Assembly (NCBI RefSeq): GCF_009914755.1
Contig: NC_060931.1
Source of the DNA: the human T2T-CHM13v2.0 reference genome, Homo sapiens
Strand: one strand, 5' to 3'
Length of the DNA: 64,000 nt
This document shows, piece by piece, positions 55,941 through 64,000 of this stretch (within the stretch, counting starts at the first letter, position 1; each line of letters starts with the position of its first letter). The notes under the pieces are model-generated. The model made no database searches. It saw nothing but the letters and a program-made list of their open reading frames with translations, and was not told the DNA's origin. The position numbers and the translations under genes are program-made.

Positions 55941-56997
55941 CGTTGTAGGGCAGCCAACATTTGCCCTGGAGAAGCCTTATGGCAAACACCAGGCACCAAG
56001 GTGCACATCCCTGATGGATCCTGGGATCAGTTGACACTCAATCCACCTGCTTTCTGGGTCCTCTGGGCCCTCTGGGTCCATGTGGCAGCTGGAGGTATGG
56101 TAGACACTTTTTAAAAAATGAGTTCTGGTAAGAAGAAGGTGATAAATGGCTATTTGTCCACGTTGGGACCCGGAGGGGAGGGATGGCATGCCCTTACATG
56201 GGACTCCTACCCCCAGCGGGGCAGCTGGCCACTCTGAGGGCAGTTTTGCACCTGCCTCCTGGCTGGAGAGTGAGTTCCCACTGTGCTGTCCCTCCCTGGG
56301 GCCCAGCACGGGGCCCGGCCCCACACCGACCTGAAGAGGTTGGTAGGATGACTGAATGAATTGACGCTGGGATGCAGCAGGGCCCATGGGCAGAGGCTCC
56401 AGAGCCTGGGAAGGATGGGGTGGCCTTTCTGTGGCCCTCCGAATTGAGAGAGGTCTCAGAGGCCTGACACCACGGCTTTCCGTCCAGGGTTCCTGGTCAC
56501 CCGCGGAGGGCTCAGAGCCCCGGTGGACTCGGGGTCCCGCCTTAAGGGGGGTGCCTAGGGCAGAAGGAGGAGGGATGTCGGCCCCCTCAGACCCGCACCC
56601 CAGGCCCTCCCCACCACCTTTCCTTCCCTCAGGCCCTCTGTCTTCCCAGTCGCCCCGCCCCCTGCCCCTCTGTCCTAGGCGCAAGTCTCCGGGCTTGGGA
56701 CGCTCGCCGCCAGCGCCCGCCCGCCTGCCCCGCCCCTAGCCCCCCGCCCCCCGCCCCCCGCCCCCCCGCAGCCCCTCCGTCCACTCTCGGCTCCTCCTTC
56801 TCTTCCTCCTCCTCCTCCCCGGGGGTGGGGAGCCGGCTCCGGAAGCCCCGGCGCCCCCGCCCCGGGCCCCGCCAGCGCTTTGGAGACGGCTATCCGCGCG
56901 GGAGTGCGCCACGCGGGGCCGGAGCGCCTATTAGCCGCCAGGACCTCGGAGCGCCCCGACCACCCCTGAGCCCCTCTGGCTTCGGAGCCCCCCAGCA

Positions 56998-57130
56998 CCC
57001 CTTCCCGGGTCCCCTCGCCCACCCTAATCCACTCTCCCTCCCTTTCCCGGATTCCCTCGCTCACCCCATCCTCTCTCCCGCCCCTTCCTGGATTCCCTCA
57101 CCCGTCTCGATCCCCTCTCCGCCCTTTGCC
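56998..57130 (+). repeat. Degenerate 3x ~41-bp pyrimidine-rich tandem repeat upstream of AEBP1 ATG
   Basis: Units at 56998, 57040, 57081 share CCCYTTCCYGGRTYCCCTC...ATCC..CTCC. Confidence 0.85.
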
Positions 57131-57149
57131 AGAGACCCAGAGCCCCTGA

Positions 57150-63766
<6,617 letters not shown>

Positions 63767-64000
63767 GTTGGGAGCATATATCCTGGGGCTGGGGGTGGGA
63801 CCTGTCTGTGGCTGACGGGAGTGTGTGCCTGGTGCTTCTGTCACTGGGCCCAGTCCCTACTGGTTCCAGGGATGCTGGCTGTCCCTCACCTTAGGAAGGA
63901 AGCCAGTACCTGGGGGCTGCGTGAAGGGGTCATGCCTGTCCCTCGCCATAGAGCAGGCCCTGGAAGTGGAAGGGGCATGGTCAGCGGGGGACGGATTGCA

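Overview
Human genomic DNA; the gene content matches chr7p13. The window holds four protein-coding genes. DBNL (+, drebrin-like/HIP-55/mAbp1) is present from exon 2 to the stop at 13413, with exon 1 upstream of the window. PGAM2 (-, 3 exons, 253 aa) and POLM (-, 11 exons, 494 aa) are complete. AEBP1/ACLP (+) is present for exons 1-14 and runs off the right edge. Three intron-terminal miRNA hairpins (MIR6837, MIR6838, MIR4649) each end at a splice acceptor. There are two CpG-island promoters, about 30 Alus, and old L1, LTR and DNA-transposon remnants. This is a well-studied locus and I cannot claim a new system with confidence. The most interesting unexplained structures are: (1) a 103-bp, 92%-identical, hairpin-capable direct repeat bracketing the AEBP1 promoter and exon 1; (2) a 3x41-bp pyrimidine repeat in the AEBP1 5' leader; (3) a repeated GC-box+octamer module in the POLM promoter; (4) no canonical DBNL poly(A) signal before PGAM2, implying antisense overlap; (5) an in-frame, stop-free POLM intron 8; (6) two candidate poison exons in DBNL intron 1. 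Exon boundaries were read by hand from splice signals and reading frame. Repeat boundaries and subfamily calls are approximate.
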